64,000 nucleotides of DNA, from assembly GCA_963767125.1 (NCBI GenBank), contig CAVYDB010000001.1, forward strand, positions 10,855-74,854, written 5' to 3'. Numbering within the stretch: position 1 is the stretch's first letter; the number at the start of each line of letters is the position of its first letter. This document shows, piece by piece, positions 28,672 through 39,247 of this stretch. The position numbers and the translations under genes are program-made. This DNA comes from an uncultured Bacteroidota bacterium (lineage in GTDB: Bacteria; Bacteroidota; Bacteroidia; JABEUT01). The notes below the pieces were generated by a model. The model worked only from the letters and a program-made list of their open reading frames with translations. It was not told the origin of the DNA and did not search any database.

Positions 28672-29982
28672 ATGAGCGAATTATTGATTTATACACCGGA
28701 AATTACTCCACGGATTACTTATATTTTCCAACTGTTTTTTGACTCCCTGATAAAAACTCCATTTAGAATTACCAAGGATAGAGAGGTTTTTAAGGCTTAT
28801 AACGGACCCAAACTAAATTATTCTGCTACTGTATTTTCTTCCGGTGAAATACAAATTATTCCGCATGGACTACTTACGGAAACGGGTATAAAAGGGCAAG
28901 AAGTAATTGTTTCAGAATGGAAAAATTTAAAAATCTTCTTTAGCTCTAATCAAGGTAGTATTCCTTTCGATGTTTTTTCAGCATCCTTTTATCTCATAAC
29001 TCGTTATGAAGAATATCTTTCGGATAAACCCGACGAACATAATCGCTACCACCATAGCTATTGCCTGGCTTTTAAACATCATTTTCTAAATGAGCCGCTC
29101 ATTAACCTTTGGGCAGAAGAATTGAAAAAGATAATCTGTTCAAAGTATCCTGATATTACATTTTCAGAAAATAAATTCTCTTTTCTTCCCACCATAGATA
29201 TAGATGTTGCTTATGCTCATTTAGGTAGAACTATTGCTGTTACCATTGGCTCCTATCTCAAGGCTCTTTCTAAATTTCAAATTAAAACAGCCATTGAAAA
29301 GAAACTGGTCTGGCTTCATCTTGAAAAAGATCCTTATGATACATATGACTACCAGGAAAAGCTTTTTGAAAAATATGACATACAACCCATTTATTTTTTC
29401 CTTGCAGGAAAGCGCGGATACAACGACAATAATATTTCTCCTGAGGGTAACAGGTTTAAAAACCTTGTAAAAAGAATAAGTTCCTTTGCTAAAATTGGCA
29501 TTCATCCTTCCTACCAATCGGAAAATAATCGCAAAACAGTAGCGGGTGAAATCAAAAAAGTGGAACAAAACATTTCTAAAAAAATAACCTGTTCACGCCA
29601 GCACTTTTTAAGAATAACTCTTCCCGACACCTATCGCTGCCTTACTGAACTTGGTATTACTGATGATTATAGCATGGCTTATGCTGGTGTCGCCGGTTTT
29701 AGGGCGAGTATTTGTACTCCATTTTTCTTTTATGACTTGAAGGCGGAAAAGACATTACCTCTTATCGTTCACCCCTGTGTTGTTATGGACGGCACGTTGA
29801 ATGAATATCTTCACTTATCTACAACAGATGCACAGGTAATTACAAAAGAATTTTTAACTAAAGTGAAAAAATGCGGGGGCGAATTTATTTTTATCTGGCA
29901 TAACCATAGCCTCAGTGAACAGGGCTATTGGAAGGGATGGAGAACAGTTTTTGAAAATATTCTTGAAGAAGGCGCCCGGTGA
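28672..29982 (+). CDS. Polysaccharide deacetylase-like protein
   Basis: RYEEY, TIDID, IGIHPSY, RQHFLR, GFRASIC.PF, VMDGTL, IWHN. Confidence 0.75.
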   Translation: MSELLIYTPEITPRITYIFQLFFDSLIKTPFRITKDREVFKAYNGPKLNYSATVFSSGEIQIIPHGLLTETGIKGQEVIVSEWKNLKIFFSSNQGSIPFDVFSASFYLITRYEEYLSDKPDEHNRYHHSYCLAFKHHFLNEPLINLWAEELKKIICSKYPDITFSENKFSFLPTIDIDVAYAHLGRTIAVTIGSYLKALSKFQIKTAIEKKLVWLHLEKDPYDTYDYQEKLFEKYDIQPIYFFLAGKRGYNDNNISPEGNRFKNLVKRISSFAKIGIHPSYQSENNRKTVAGEIKKVEQNISKKITCSRQHFLRITLPDTYRCLTELGITDDYSMAYAGVAGFRASICTPFFFYDLKAEKTLPLIVHPCVVMDGTLNEYLHLSTTDAQVITKEFLTKVKKCGGEFIFIWHNHSLSEQGYWKGWRTVFENILEEGAR

Positions 29983-30914
29983 TACAATATTTAAAACATA
30001 TTGAAATTGACAAAAAAAAATGGGACCGGTGCATTGACAATTCTCCCAATGGCTTGATATATGCCTACTCCTGGTACCTTACCATAGTTTGCCAGGAATG
30101 GGATGCCCTGGTGGATGGTGACTATGAAAGTGTAATGCCTTTGCCAAAGGCTGAAAAATATACTTTTTCTTACTTGTATCCCCCACCTTTAACCCAACAA
30201 TTGGGCGTTTTTTCATTACATGAAATTACTACAGAAAAAACGATGGAGTTTATTTCTGCTATTCCACTTCATTTTCGGTATATAGAAATGAACCTGAATG
30301 AAAAGAATCCAATTATTCCAGATATATTGGTATCAAAAAAACTGGTTACATACTTGCTTGATTTCACAAGGTCTTACTCCGAAATACTTTCCAACTATTC
30401 GACTCAAACAAAAAGAAATCTGAAAAAAGCATTCTCTTCATCCTTATCAATCGTCCAGTCTGCCCGTCCGGAAAAGATAATTACCCTATTCCAGGAAAAC
30501 AGGGGAATGCAACACGAATTGCCCACTGCGTATTATAGTATCCTCCAAAAACTTATCGAAACCCTTTTAGAAAAAGGCTTAGCTAATTCAATCGGGATGA
30601 ACAATAAATTTAATGAATTATGTGCAGGCGCATTTTTTATTAAAAGCAAGGACAGGGATATTTTTCTTTTTTCGGGGGCCAATGACAATGCTTATGAAAC
30701 CCAGGCAATGACTTTGCTCATTAATTCTTATTTGGAAGAAAATGCCGGAAAAACAAAATGGTTTGACTTTGAAGGCTCTATGGACAAAGATTTAGCAAGG
30801 TTTTACAGTGGGTTTGGTTCTGAAATGGTGGAATACCGCCAAATCAGAAGAAATACGCTGCCTGCGCCTGTTAAGTGGTTGAAAGAAATGCAGTTCAGGG
30901 AAAAATCAGCCTGA
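29979..30914 (+). CDS. GNAT/FemAB-like acyltransferase
   Basis: IDKKKWD.CI, YAYSWYL, PPLTQQLG, KRNLKKA, FDFEGS...LARFY.GFG. Confidence 0.7.
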   Translation: MIQYLKHIEIDKKKWDRCIDNSPNGLIYAYSWYLTIVCQEWDALVDGDYESVMPLPKAEKYTFSYLYPPPLTQQLGVFSLHEITTEKTMEFISAIPLHFRYIEMNLNEKNPIIPDILVSKKLVTYLLDFTRSYSEILSNYSTQTKRNLKKAFSSSLSIVQSARPEKIITLFQENRGMQHELPTAYYSILQKLIETLLEKGLANSIGMNNKFNELCAGAFFIKSKDRDIFLFSGANDNAYETQAMTLLINSYLEENAGKTKWFDFEGSMDKDLARFYSGFGSEMVEYRQIRRNTLPAPVKWLKEMQFREKSA

Positions 30915-31022
30915 AAAACTACCCGAGAAATCCGCTGAAATTATTATATTTTCATTAAAGATTAGTAAAATCATTATGCATTAACATGGAATTGATTATT
31001 TTTATATCCAAATTCTACGCCT

Positions 31023-31667
31023 ATGAATTTTCTACCTGAAGTTATTGAACAGTATGTGGACTCTCATACCCGTGAGGAACCGGAAGCCCTGAAAAAGCTT
31101 AACCGGGAAACGTACGCTAAAGTATTAATGCCACAGATGCTTTCGGGCCATGTGCAGGGCCGCTTCCTGAAAATGATTAGTTGCATGGTGAACCCCGCAA
31201 ATGTACTCGAAGTGGGCACCTTCACCGGCTATTCCTCCATTTGCCTTGCAGAAGGCTTACAGGAAGGTGGCATGGTACACACCATAGATATTAATGAAGA
31301 ACTATTCCCTATGGTAATGCGCCATATTAAGGAGGCAGGGATGGAAAAGAAGATTAAAGCATATACCGGCAATGCTTTGACCATCATCCCTAACCTGAAT
31401 ATTATGTTCGACCTTGTATTTATTGATGCTGATAAAATTAATTATAGCAACTACTACGAACTCGCTATCCATAAACTAAGAAAGGGAGGCTTTATTCTTG
31501 CTGATAATGTATTATGGAGCGGAAAAGTAACAGACACCACCCGTAAACCCGATGAGGACACAAGAGCCATAATGTCCTATAATGATATGGTGAACGCAGA
31601 CCCAAGAGTTGAAAATGTGCTGGTTCCAATACGCGATGGGGTAATGATTGCACGCAAGATTGTTTAA
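31023..31667 (+). CDS. SAM-dependent O-methyltransferase (CCoAOMT-like)
   Basis: LEVGTFTGYS, FIDADK.NY, ADNVLWSG, RDG. Confidence 0.92.
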   Translation: MNFLPEVIEQYVDSHTREEPEALKKLNRETYAKVLMPQMLSGHVQGRFLKMISCMVNPANVLEVGTFTGYSSICLAEGLQEGGMVHTIDINEELFPMVMRHIKEAGMEKKIKAYTGNALTIIPNLNIMFDLVFIDADKINYSNYYELAIHKLRKGGFILADNVLWSGKVTDTTRKPDEDTRAIMSYNDMVNADPRVENVLVPIRDGVMIARKIV

Positions 31668-31677
31668 TTTCTTCGCC

Positions 31678-32370
31678 ATGAAACAATGGCTTTTATTTTT
31701 TATATTAATAGCTTTTTCTTCGATAGGAAAAACGCAAGGGGTGCAGCCGGATGATACCAACGCCCTGCTGAATGTTTCCGTAATAGACTACTTAAAAAGA
31801 CCTATGCCAGGGGAAAAAATATCTTTTCTGTCAAAAAAAAATCATAAATCGTTTTCCGGAACTACCGATAGCTTAGGCAAATTTCATTTGCTTATTCCAA
31901 AGGATGCCGATTATGATGTGAAATATACCCAGTTTACTTCTGAAGCCGCTTACGACAATACCCTTTCGGTACCCAAAGGAGAAAACCAGTTACTTACATT
32001 CAATTATACGGTTCGGGTCCAGCTGCCTGAAAAATATACTCTCAACAATGTATTTTTCGATTTCAATAAAGCGACCCTTACCAGCGAATCTTTTAAGGAG
32101 TTAAATAAACTCACTTCCTTTATGAAAGCTCAAAAAACTATGGTTATCGAAGTAGCAGGCTATACCGATAATATAGGAACTGAAGATGCCAATCTAAAAT
32201 TATCTCAGGAGCGGGCAGATGCTATTCGAGATTATTTATTGAAACACGGGGTGCATGAGCATAAAATTGTTTCCAAAGGGTACGGCTCTTCCGACCCGGT
32301 GGCTAACAACGATACCCCCGAAGGCAGAAAGCTGAACAGAAGAACAGAAATACACATTATAAAGCAGTAA
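31678..32370 (+). CDS. OmpA-family protein
   Basis: Signal peptide from MKQWLL (probable start 31678); VFFDFNKA, GYTD..G....N..LS..RA, NRRTE. Confidence 0.88.
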   Translation: MKQWLLFFILIAFSSIGKTQGVQPDDTNALLNVSVIDYLKRPMPGEKISFLSKKNHKSFSGTTDSLGKFHLLIPKDADYDVKYTQFTSEAAYDNTLSVPKGENQLLTFNYTVRVQLPEKYTLNNVFFDFNKATLTSESFKELNKLTSFMKAQKTMVIEVAGYTDNIGTEDANLKLSQERADAIRDYLLKHGVHEHKIVSKGYGSSDPVANNDTPEGRKLNRRTEIHIIKQ

Positions 32371-32790
32371 TTATACTGCCTTATTAAAACTACTTTATCC
32401 AAAAAATAGTAGTGTCCTTAGTGCCTTGTGGTAAAGAAAACTAACCATGCAGACCCTGGCTACACAAAGAAACATGGGGAAATAAAAAAGCGGTATGTTA
32501 TTACACATACCCGGCAGTACATTTTCGGCTTTTAGCCAGCTTATATGGAGTAAAAAAGGACGGGAACGAGGGTCTGTATAGCAATATAAATGAGTAACTA
32601 CAGGTATGTGTTTGAGAATGGCAGAAGGCAAAGAAGTAGCTTGTTGGAAGATACCGGCCAAATTCCACAACAATTACAATGAGCCTTAATTAATTGACGT
32701 TGCAAAACTAAAGGGGTACGGGGTAATTATAAGTAGCGACTTGTCAAATCTGAACTGTTAAAAGGGTTTTCTGTTTACCCGTTCATTTAT

Positions 32791-32821
32791 AGCCCACGAT
32801 TTAAATCCTTAATTACGCAGG
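32791..32821 (+). repeat. Left junction: half REP + direct repeat + terminal inverted repeat
   Basis: AGCCCACG ATTTAAAT CCTTAATTACGCAGG. Confidence 0.85.
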
Positions 32822-32889
32822 ACTATTTAAAATTATCAAATATGAGGCCCCAATAGAAAATGGGTTGCATTTAATGTCTTTTTGTATCT

Positions 32890-33324
32890 TTGTCACAAAT
32901 TAGAAATATGCCTTCACCGCAGTTCAACAAGAAGATTACAACAAATCGTTGGTATACACTGACATACCAATCTACTCGGGCACTAAATGACGCAGAACAT
33001 CATCAAGTAAAGCGTAAAATTGCGGAGATATTAGTTAATAATTTTACGATACAAGAAATCCACAGCTACGTTCACAGTAATATTGTGTTTGCAATAAATA
33101 CCAATGTAGAGTCACAAGTATTTGACGAAATAGTTCAAAATTTGAACGCCCCTTTAATCAATTACGTACCAAGATTACATTTCAATATTGCGCTTGTGGC
33201 GAAAAATGATTCGAATGTTAATTTCATGTATATTGATGGGATTGATTCAATGAATTCTAATTTTTTAGCCTCTATTTCAGACATATTTCCGTATAATAGG
33301 CATTCTAATTTAGTCCGTCATTAG
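32890..33324 (+). CDS. Hypothetical protein (probable start ATG 32908)
   Basis: Open ORF preceded by a TATCTTTG box at 32885; no recognisable motif. Confidence 0.5.
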   Translation: MSQIRNMPSPQFNKKITTNRWYTLTYQSTRALNDAEHHQVKRKIAEILVNNFTIQEIHSYVHSNIVFAINTNVESQVFDEIVQNLNAPLINYVPRLHFNIALVAKNDSNVNFMYIDGIDSMNSNFLASISDIFPYNRHSNLVRH

Positions 33325-33569
33325 GATTGAAAAAAGCGCCATGCTTTAATTTATGTCTAACAGTTCTCTTTATAATAGAAACCTCAGTTCGAAACCAATT
33401 CCAGCGCAATTGAATTTTTTTTAGTGGAGACGAATGTCTATAATACCATTTATAGAATGGTTCTTGATTATTAAAAGCGTCAGAATGGTTCATATTACAA
33501 GTAGTCAATTTTTTTATAAATAGATGGGAAAAAGCAAACTTTCATATCAAGTTATACCAACGCCTCCAA

Positions 33570-33592
33570 GTCGGTTTCTTGTGAAAACCGAC
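33570..33592. terminator. Hairpin downstream of the transposase
   Basis: GTCGGTTT-CTTGTGA-AAACCGAC between convergent genes. Confidence 0.4.
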
Positions 33593-33615
33593 AAATAGTT
33601 ATGCCAAAAATCATA

Positions 33616-35004
33616 CTACATCATTTTTTCATAATTGAAATGAGTATTATAGAAAATATATTTATCCTTTATTAATTCGCATACAACTATAATGAATGAA
33701 CTAATAAAATCGGGTATTCTAGCATTTACACGTATTTGTGCCCCTTTCTTATTAAATAAAGTAACCATTGCCCGAAAAATATTGTTTGCCAGGGCAGAAG
33801 CAATAAGGAAAACAGTATTTTCATTCATTTGCATAAATGGTGGCAACCGCCAGCCAAAATCATTTTTCATGAAATCAAATTTTCTTTCTGAATCACCTCT
33901 CTTATTGTACTCCAAGAGCAATTCTGTTGGTGTTTTGCTGAAATCGTTTGAAATTATAAGTTTATACTTATAATTTTTATGCCTCTTCCATTTACCCAAT
34001 TTGTATGTACGATTCTCTGCTTTTAAGAGTTTTTTAGTTGCCAGTTCTTTCATTTTTTCTCTTGCCGCCAAACTACCTCTTGTTTGATGAATTGGCATTC
34101 TTGCTACAATTAGCCTATGTTTGGTACTTGAGCCATGCATTGCATAAGGTATATCAGCCAGTTCACAATCCATAAAATGATTAGCGGTTTCCAGTTCAGC
34201 CTTGTTCCATAATTTCCAGGTTTCGATTTCACTAGTCATTATTTTAAAGTTTTTGTTCAACTTGGCATGGATATTAAATTTTATGCCTCTGGAGTGTAGC
34301 ATTTCCATTAAGGGTCGATTATATCCTGCTGCGTCGCATATAACTTTACCAACTCGTATCTTATACTTTGCCAATAAATCAAGGCACTGTTCCAGGCATT
34401 CCTTTATCTTAAACTCAGCGGAGGAATTACCATTCCGCATACTTATAAATACTGGCATACTACCTATAAGGCAAACCATTGGGTTGAAACCGTAGCGAGT
34501 TTTCTCGTAGGATAAATAGGCACCAGCGCAATCAGTCTCTATAAATGTAGCGTCTAAATCAATGGTATAGGATCGACCTTCAATCAAAGCACCCATTTGC
34601 TTGGTTGCTTTAATAAGCATTTCATTGAGTTTAATGTTCTCATTGTAATGAGTAATTGTTTCTTTTGGATTCTTCCAATGGGTTGTTACACCTCGTTCCT
34701 CAATTATCTCTGTCGCCAATTTCTTCATTACTCTTCCAAGTGTGTCATGGCTTGGCAGTTTCAAGTCTTTTATAAAAGACAATCGCTTCCGATATTTGGT
34801 TATATGGTCTAACCTATATCCACCGCATAGTGAAGTTAATATCCATGAAATGAATATATCCTCATACCCATAAGTAGCCTGGGTTACTCTTTTTCCAAGG
34901 CATGAGCGGATTGCCTGCGGAATTCTAAATTTGTTTATGGCTTTTAGAACGGGGACGATTCCACCATAGGGAGAAATATTTCTATTTACTTGAATCGCTT
35001 TCAC
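33616..35004 (-). CDS. IS1380-family DDE transposase
   Basis: ISPYGG, LCGG, PSHDTLGR, TIDLDATFIET (D1), MRNGN, VICDAAGY (D2), YNKRGDSERKFD.MKNDFGW..PP....EN (E); resembles Bacteroidota IS612/IS613-type proteins. Confidence 0.88.
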   Translation of the reverse strand: MKAIQVNRNISPYGGIVPVLKAINKFRIPQAIRSCLGKRVTQATYGYEDIFISWILTSLCGGYRLDHITKYRKRLSFIKDLKLPSHDTLGRVMKKLATEIIEERGVTTHWKNPKETITHYNENIKLNEMLIKATKQMGALIEGRSYTIDLDATFIETDCAGAYLSYEKTRYGFNPMVCLIGSMPVFISMRNGNSSAEFKIKECLEQCLDLLAKYKIRVGKVICDAAGYNRPLMEMLHSRGIKFNIHAKLNKNFKIMTSEIETWKLWNKAELETANHFMDCELADIPYAMHGSSTKHRLIVARMPIHQTRGSLAAREKMKELATKKLLKAENRTYKLGKWKRHKNYKYKLIISNDFSKTPTELLLEYNKRGDSERKFDFMKNDFGWRLPPFMQMNENTVFLIASALANNIFRAMVTLFNKKGAQIRVNARIPDFISSFIIVVCELIKDKYIFYNTHFNYEKMM

Positions 35005-35273
35005 CAGGTTCAGTTCTTAACTTTTATTTTTTTATAGTAAAATATGTCATGCCAATTCAGGACACAAACACTTACATATGTCTAAGGGAAGAAATTGAAA
35101 AATATTAAAATATTGGGCCATTGAGAGCCCATTTTTAACAATTTTCCTGGTTTTTTAACAAATAATTTCTTGAAAAAGAAAACAAGGAAAGAAAGAGGAA
35201 AATATTAAAAATATATTATTCCTTTCCGGATTCAAATTTGGAAGATCTATATTTTGAGGTTGAAATTGCCCCT

Positions 35274-36260
35274 CTAAATACCTTTAAGCAGATGAGCCAA
35301 CTTATCCATCTGAAGCGAATAAAATGTCTCTGCAATATTAGTTCCAATCCCCAACGGATTTAGACCCTCATAATCGTCATAGCAGAAATTACTCTTTATT
35401 ACATATAAAGGATCAACCTCTGCGTCTAATGCTTGTTTTCCATCGTCACGCGTGATGACATATTCCACAATATGGTTATTTGCATAGAGCCAAGTTAAAA
35501 ACATAAGCTTAGCAAAAGGCGAAGTGGGGTCATCTATCAGAGCTGAATAACACAGGGTTTCCGAGCAGGCTTCGCCTTGCAAAAGTTCGAAAAATTGGTT
35601 TCGTATTTCTAAAGGTATAGACAAGAAATCGAATTTATCAGGAACGGCTGTTCTGAGGAATGCCCGATATTCTCGCAGTGCCTTACTTCGCTCATAAGTT
35701 CGTTTTGCGAGATCATTAAAAGCCTCTCTTCCGATGCTCTTTATAGCTTCCTTAGCAAATAGTTTCGCAAGCTGTAGTGTTTCCCAATCTGGAATAACCG
35801 GCTTTCCGAAACCACCAATTTCATATTCATTCTCTCCTGTTTTTACTTTGGAGAGAATGGGAAACCGGGAAAATGCAGAGTCTAAACTTGCATTATGCCA
35901 AAGAATGTCCATTCTTTTCATCCATTTGCGTCTGCTGCAATAAGGTAATAGATGGTCATTTATTTCCAATCCAACGTTGTCTATTATATCGCTTAGATAT
36001 ATTTTTATATTTTCTTCACCATCATCAAAATTTAAAAGCATGTCATTTAGAAAGAAATTATTCATAATTCCATATTCTCGGAGTAGAATAGCTGTTCGAA
36101 AAAGAAACTCGAAAACTGACTTTTGGTCGAATAGGCGATTAATTCCCACCGCGTTCATCAGATTAAAAATCATTTTTGTTTTAGAGGTGGGTTCATTATC
36201 TCCATCCTTCAATTGCATTGGATCTTTTGTATAGTCTAAGTTTATGTAATAATGTATCAT
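35274..36260 (-). CDS. Hypothetical protein
   Basis: 328-aa ORF, co-oriented with the transposase; no recognised motif. Confidence 0.65.
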   Translation of the reverse strand: MIHYYINLDYTKDPMQLKDGDNEPTSKTKMIFNLMNAVGINRLFDQKSVFEFLFRTAILLREYGIMNNFFLNDMLLNFDDGEENIKIYLSDIIDNVGLEINDHLLPYCSRRKWMKRMDILWHNASLDSAFSRFPILSKVKTGENEYEIGGFGKPVIPDWETLQLAKLFAKEAIKSIGREAFNDLAKRTYERSKALREYRAFLRTAVPDKFDFLSIPLEIRNQFFELLQGEACSETLCYSALIDDPTSPFAKLMFLTWLYANNHIVEYVITRDDGKQALDAEVDPLYVIKSNFCYDDYEGLNPLGIGTNIAETFYSLQMDKLAHLLKGI

Positions 36261-36303
36261 TGTTTAGGGGCATTTATCGGTTAATAAATTCTTTTGTAAA
36301 GTG

Positions 36304-36720
36304 TTAGAAGGGTAATCTCCTATCAAGTAGCTGTCTAAGATTAAAGCTCAAGTCCTTTGGTTTCGTACCCTCATGCATGATTATTTGACCGCCATATTTT
36401 TCCAGATTTTGGTAATAGGAAACAAAAACATGGAAGTACTGCTCAGGCGAAAGGTCAAAAAATTCGAGGATGCAGATAAAATTTGGAGAAGTGGGCTTCC
36501 TTTTAAGAACCCATGTACTGGCAGTTTCCATCCAATCTGCTGAAAATGCTTCAGACATTCTAAGTTGTGCTCCGTAATCAACTAAGTGTACCTCGGTACG
36601 CTTACCGTCAATCATTCCTTCGGAACAAAAAGTTAACACCGACGGCAAAATTTCATCATCTGGTAATCCATCAAGGTAGTCACATAACCGCTTTATTCTT
36701 TTTATATAAATATTTGCCAT
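36304..36720 (-). CDS. Hypothetical protein
   Basis: 138-aa ORF with operon-like spacing. Confidence 0.6.
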   Translation of the reverse strand: MANIYIKRIKRLCDYLDGLPDDEILPSVLTFCSEGMIDGKRTEVHLVDYGAQLRMSEAFSADWMETASTWVLKRKPTSPNFICILEFFDLSPEQYFHVFVSYYQNLEKYGGQIIMHEGTKPKDLSFNLRQLLDRRLPF

Positions 36721-36741
36721 TCCGTAATCTGGTTTTTACTA

Positions 36742-36930
36742 TTAATATTCTTGATATATTTCTGACTGCCATAGTTCATATTCCTCGCTTTCTATCATTT
36801 CCCGGTAATCTCTGAAAGCTTCTTTTAGAATTTCGTTCAAAGCAATCTTATCATTGCCGCAGTTTTTCTGGAATAGGTCTACTAATTCGTTTCCAAGTAC
36901 AGCTTGGGCTTGTGGAATTGTAATCATCAT
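36742..36930 (-). CDS. Small acidic hypothetical protein
   Basis: 62 aa, A-rich Bacteroidota-type leader, first gene of the apparent operon. Confidence 0.5.
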   Translation of the reverse strand: MMITIPQAQAVLGNELVDLFQKNCGNDKIALNEILKEAFRDYREMIESEEYELWQSEIYQEY

Positions 36931-37138
36931 TTTTTTATTAATTTATTTTTGGTTCTTTTTTTTGAAAGTGATGGGAAGGGACCGGGAACCGACCCCTTCT
37001 TCATCTTTTGGAAAGACTACATCTTTCTTATCAAATCGCATGGTGCATGGACAACACGCGATGGCACTATGACTCAAACGAAAATAGTTTTCCAAAGGAC
37101 CTTTCAATCCTTCTAACAAAATTTAATAGAATAGGGGC

Positions 37139-38071
37139 TTAATCCTTCGATGCTGGAGTTTCGAGCATTGGAACTTCCCGAATTGCGGTTCCAGCAATTT
37201 CGCGGACGTTACCATAAAATTCAAGAGAATTGAACAAGATTTGTTCCATGATTTTCTCTCTTTTAGTCCACATTCTTTTCAGCGTAACTTGCTCTGATTG
37301 ATGAGACTCTTTTATCGTTTGGAATCCATCAAGAATGGATTCAAATACATTTTTAAACGTTTCGCTTGTAAGGTAGGAATAGAGTTGTTCCATTTTGCTT
37401 TCACGCCCATCCTGTAATCTGACAACGGAGTGTAGTTTTAAAAGTGAATATCTCAGTGCCATCGACAATTCTCTGAAATAATTGAAGCTGCATATCCACA
37501 CGCCGTCTTGCAGTGCACAGCGTTCTACATTTTTTGGTAAGGCGTTTGTAATAATTACTAATACATCTGCCTTTGCTTGCAAATTATCACTCTTGAATTT
37601 TGGAATCCAATCATTGCTCCATGATTTGGTATTCTTGCTTTCATAATATATTTTGCCGCAAACCTGACCTTCCGGGCTTTTCACAATTTGCATTACATCT
37701 GCACCATTGCTACCTTTTTTGGATTGGGTTATCTCATCAGTTGGGAAGGATTCTTGCAGAATTTTAATAATTTCCTGTTCTTGTAGTTCGCCCTGACGTT
37801 GGACAGAACCCTGATTTGCCCTGCGTAAAGCCTCATCAAGCTGCGATTTCAGGTCATCAATAATTTTCTCCTTTTCTCGCATTTGAAATAGAGAGCCTTG
37901 TTCTACTTCCTTTCGGATGGACTGCCGCGTCTGTTCAATCTCGTGACGAAAGTTGTCATTGACTTCGCTCATCACCGTCTCGTCGACGACGATTTCTTTT
38001 CCACAATGTGGGCATGTAATTTTTGGAATCTTTTTCATGGCACTTTTTTTTAAGGTTAATAATAGTTTCAC
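37139..38071 (-). CDS. DUF2130-like protein (Zn ribbon + coiled coil + putative PD-(D/E)xK domain); probable start ATG 38038
   Basis: ITCPHCG, QGSVQRQGELQE, FPTDEI...KG..GAD, IYYESKNTK.W...WI.K.K.D. Confidence 0.8.
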   Translation of the reverse strand: MKLLLTLKKSAMKKIPKITCPHCGKEIVVDETVMSEVNDNFRHEIEQTRQSIRKEVEQGSLFQMREKEKIIDDLKSQLDEALRRANQGSVQRQGELQEQEIIKILQESFPTDEITQSKKGSNGADVMQIVKSPEGQVCGKIYYESKNTKSWSNDWIPKFKSDNLQAKADVLVIITNALPKNVERCALQDGVWICSFNYFRELSMALRYSLLKLHSVVRLQDGRESKMEQLYSYLTSETFKNVFESILDGFQTIKESHQSEQVTLKRMWTKREKIMEQILFNSLEFYGNVREIAGTAIREVPMLETPASKD

Positions 38072-38158
38072 AACCCCTCTTCCAGTGCCAGGAATTGAGT
38101 TTTAAAAACACCTTTCGGTGGTGTTTTCGAGAATGTTATACGTAATTTATAAACAAAG

Positions 38159-38174
38159 GTTACATATATGTAAC
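38159..38174. promoter_or_regulatory. Perfect 16-bp palindrome, candidate XRE operator
   Basis: GTTACATATATGTAAC between the divergent DUF2130-like and XRE genes. Confidence 0.55.
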
Positions 38175-38190
38175 TTTTTTAGATTTATAT

Positions 38191-38463
38191 TTGGATAATT
38201 ATATTGATTATCAGCACAATAAAATTATGACTAAAGAGGAGCATCTCTATTTGCAACAGTTGGGTAAACGAATAGCTTTACGGAGAAAAGAATTAAAAAT
38301 TAAACAAACATCTTTGGGAGAGAAGGTTAAGTTGAGCCGCATTCACATATATAGAATTGAAAGAGGTCTGCACCCCACAACTATAATAGTTCTTAAAAGA
38401 ATTGCCAAGGAATTGGGAATGTCAATTAGCGAATTGGTGGATGTTATTAAAGTAAAAAATTAA
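38191..38463 (+). CDS. XRE-family HTH regulator (probable start ATG 38227)
   Basis: LGKRIALRRKELKIKQTSLGEKVKLSRIHIYRIERG...LKRIAKELG. Confidence 0.85.
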   Translation: MDNYIDYQHNKIMTKEEHLYLQQLGKRIALRRKELKIKQTSLGEKVKLSRIHIYRIERGLHPTTIIVLKRIAKELGMSISELVDVIKVKN

Positions 38464-38480
38464 GCATACTTTTATCTCCT

Positions 38481-38873
38481 ATGGCAAATAATAACATCAT
38501 TCCAAGTGATAGACAATGTACTCTTATGGCAGCAATAATAGCTGATACTATTAAAAAACATACAAGAATTGGAGAACCTTTGGATATTTGCACTGAGAAT
38601 TGGAAATTAGTACAATCAATAAATCCTTCTTTTACTAAAGAACCATTTATTCCCTCAATATTACTGATTTATGATTTTAAAACGGATATTCAATGCCATA
38701 AGGTTGCCATGATGGTTGCCAAAGCCATCGCAGCCAAACCCGTTCAAACAACAGAATTGAAGATGTTGGAAATTTCCAATCCCGACTTATTTAACGAACC
38801 TTCAGTAAGTGGTAGTGGACAGTACTTAATTTGCTATTACGGGATCGATTTAGATTGGCTAATTTATCAATGA
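38481..38873 (+). CDS. Hypothetical protein
   Basis: 130-aa ORF directly after the XRE gene. Confidence 0.55.
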   Translation: MANNNIIPSDRQCTLMAAIIADTIKKHTRIGEPLDICTENWKLVQSINPSFTKEPFIPSILLIYDFKTDIQCHKVAMMVAKAIAAKPVQTTELKMLEISNPDLFNEPSVSGSGQYLICYYGIDLDWLIYQ

Positions 38874-38893
38874 CGCACTCAATTATCTATTGG

Positions 38894-39148
38894 TTAGTTT
38901 TTGCAAACCTGACCAAAACTTCTCCTAAAGTTCTTTATTATTTTATTAATCAATTGAAGTTTGCCTTCTTTTGTTAAAAAATCTGATTCTTTAGTAGTAA
39001 TAATGGATATAACCTTATGTAAGGTAATCATGTAAATATTCATGAACTTTATCCGTAGTTCGATAAACTGTTCTAATTCTTCAGAAGACATTATTGCTTT
39101 ATTAGATGAATGTATAGGTTTCATGACTTTACTTTTTAGAATAAACAA
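38894..39148 (-). CDS. Small hypothetical protein
   Basis: 84-aa AT-rich ORF, weak support. Confidence 0.3.
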   Translation of the reverse strand: MFILKSKVMKPIHSSNKAIMSSEELEQFIELRIKFMNIYMITLHKVISIITTKESDFLTKEGKLQLINKIIKNFRRSFGQVCKN

Positions 39149-39247
39149 TACTTATTGATATTTTAAAATCAATAGTTATATTTTTGGTACTTATATACGT
39201 TGTAAGGCAAATTATTTGCAAATAATTGGAAACAAGGCTCTTATATC

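Noticed and set aside
32395-32673. 92-aa minus-strand ORF next to the element
   Set aside because: TTG start, no recognisable motif and atypical composition; not supportable as a gene.
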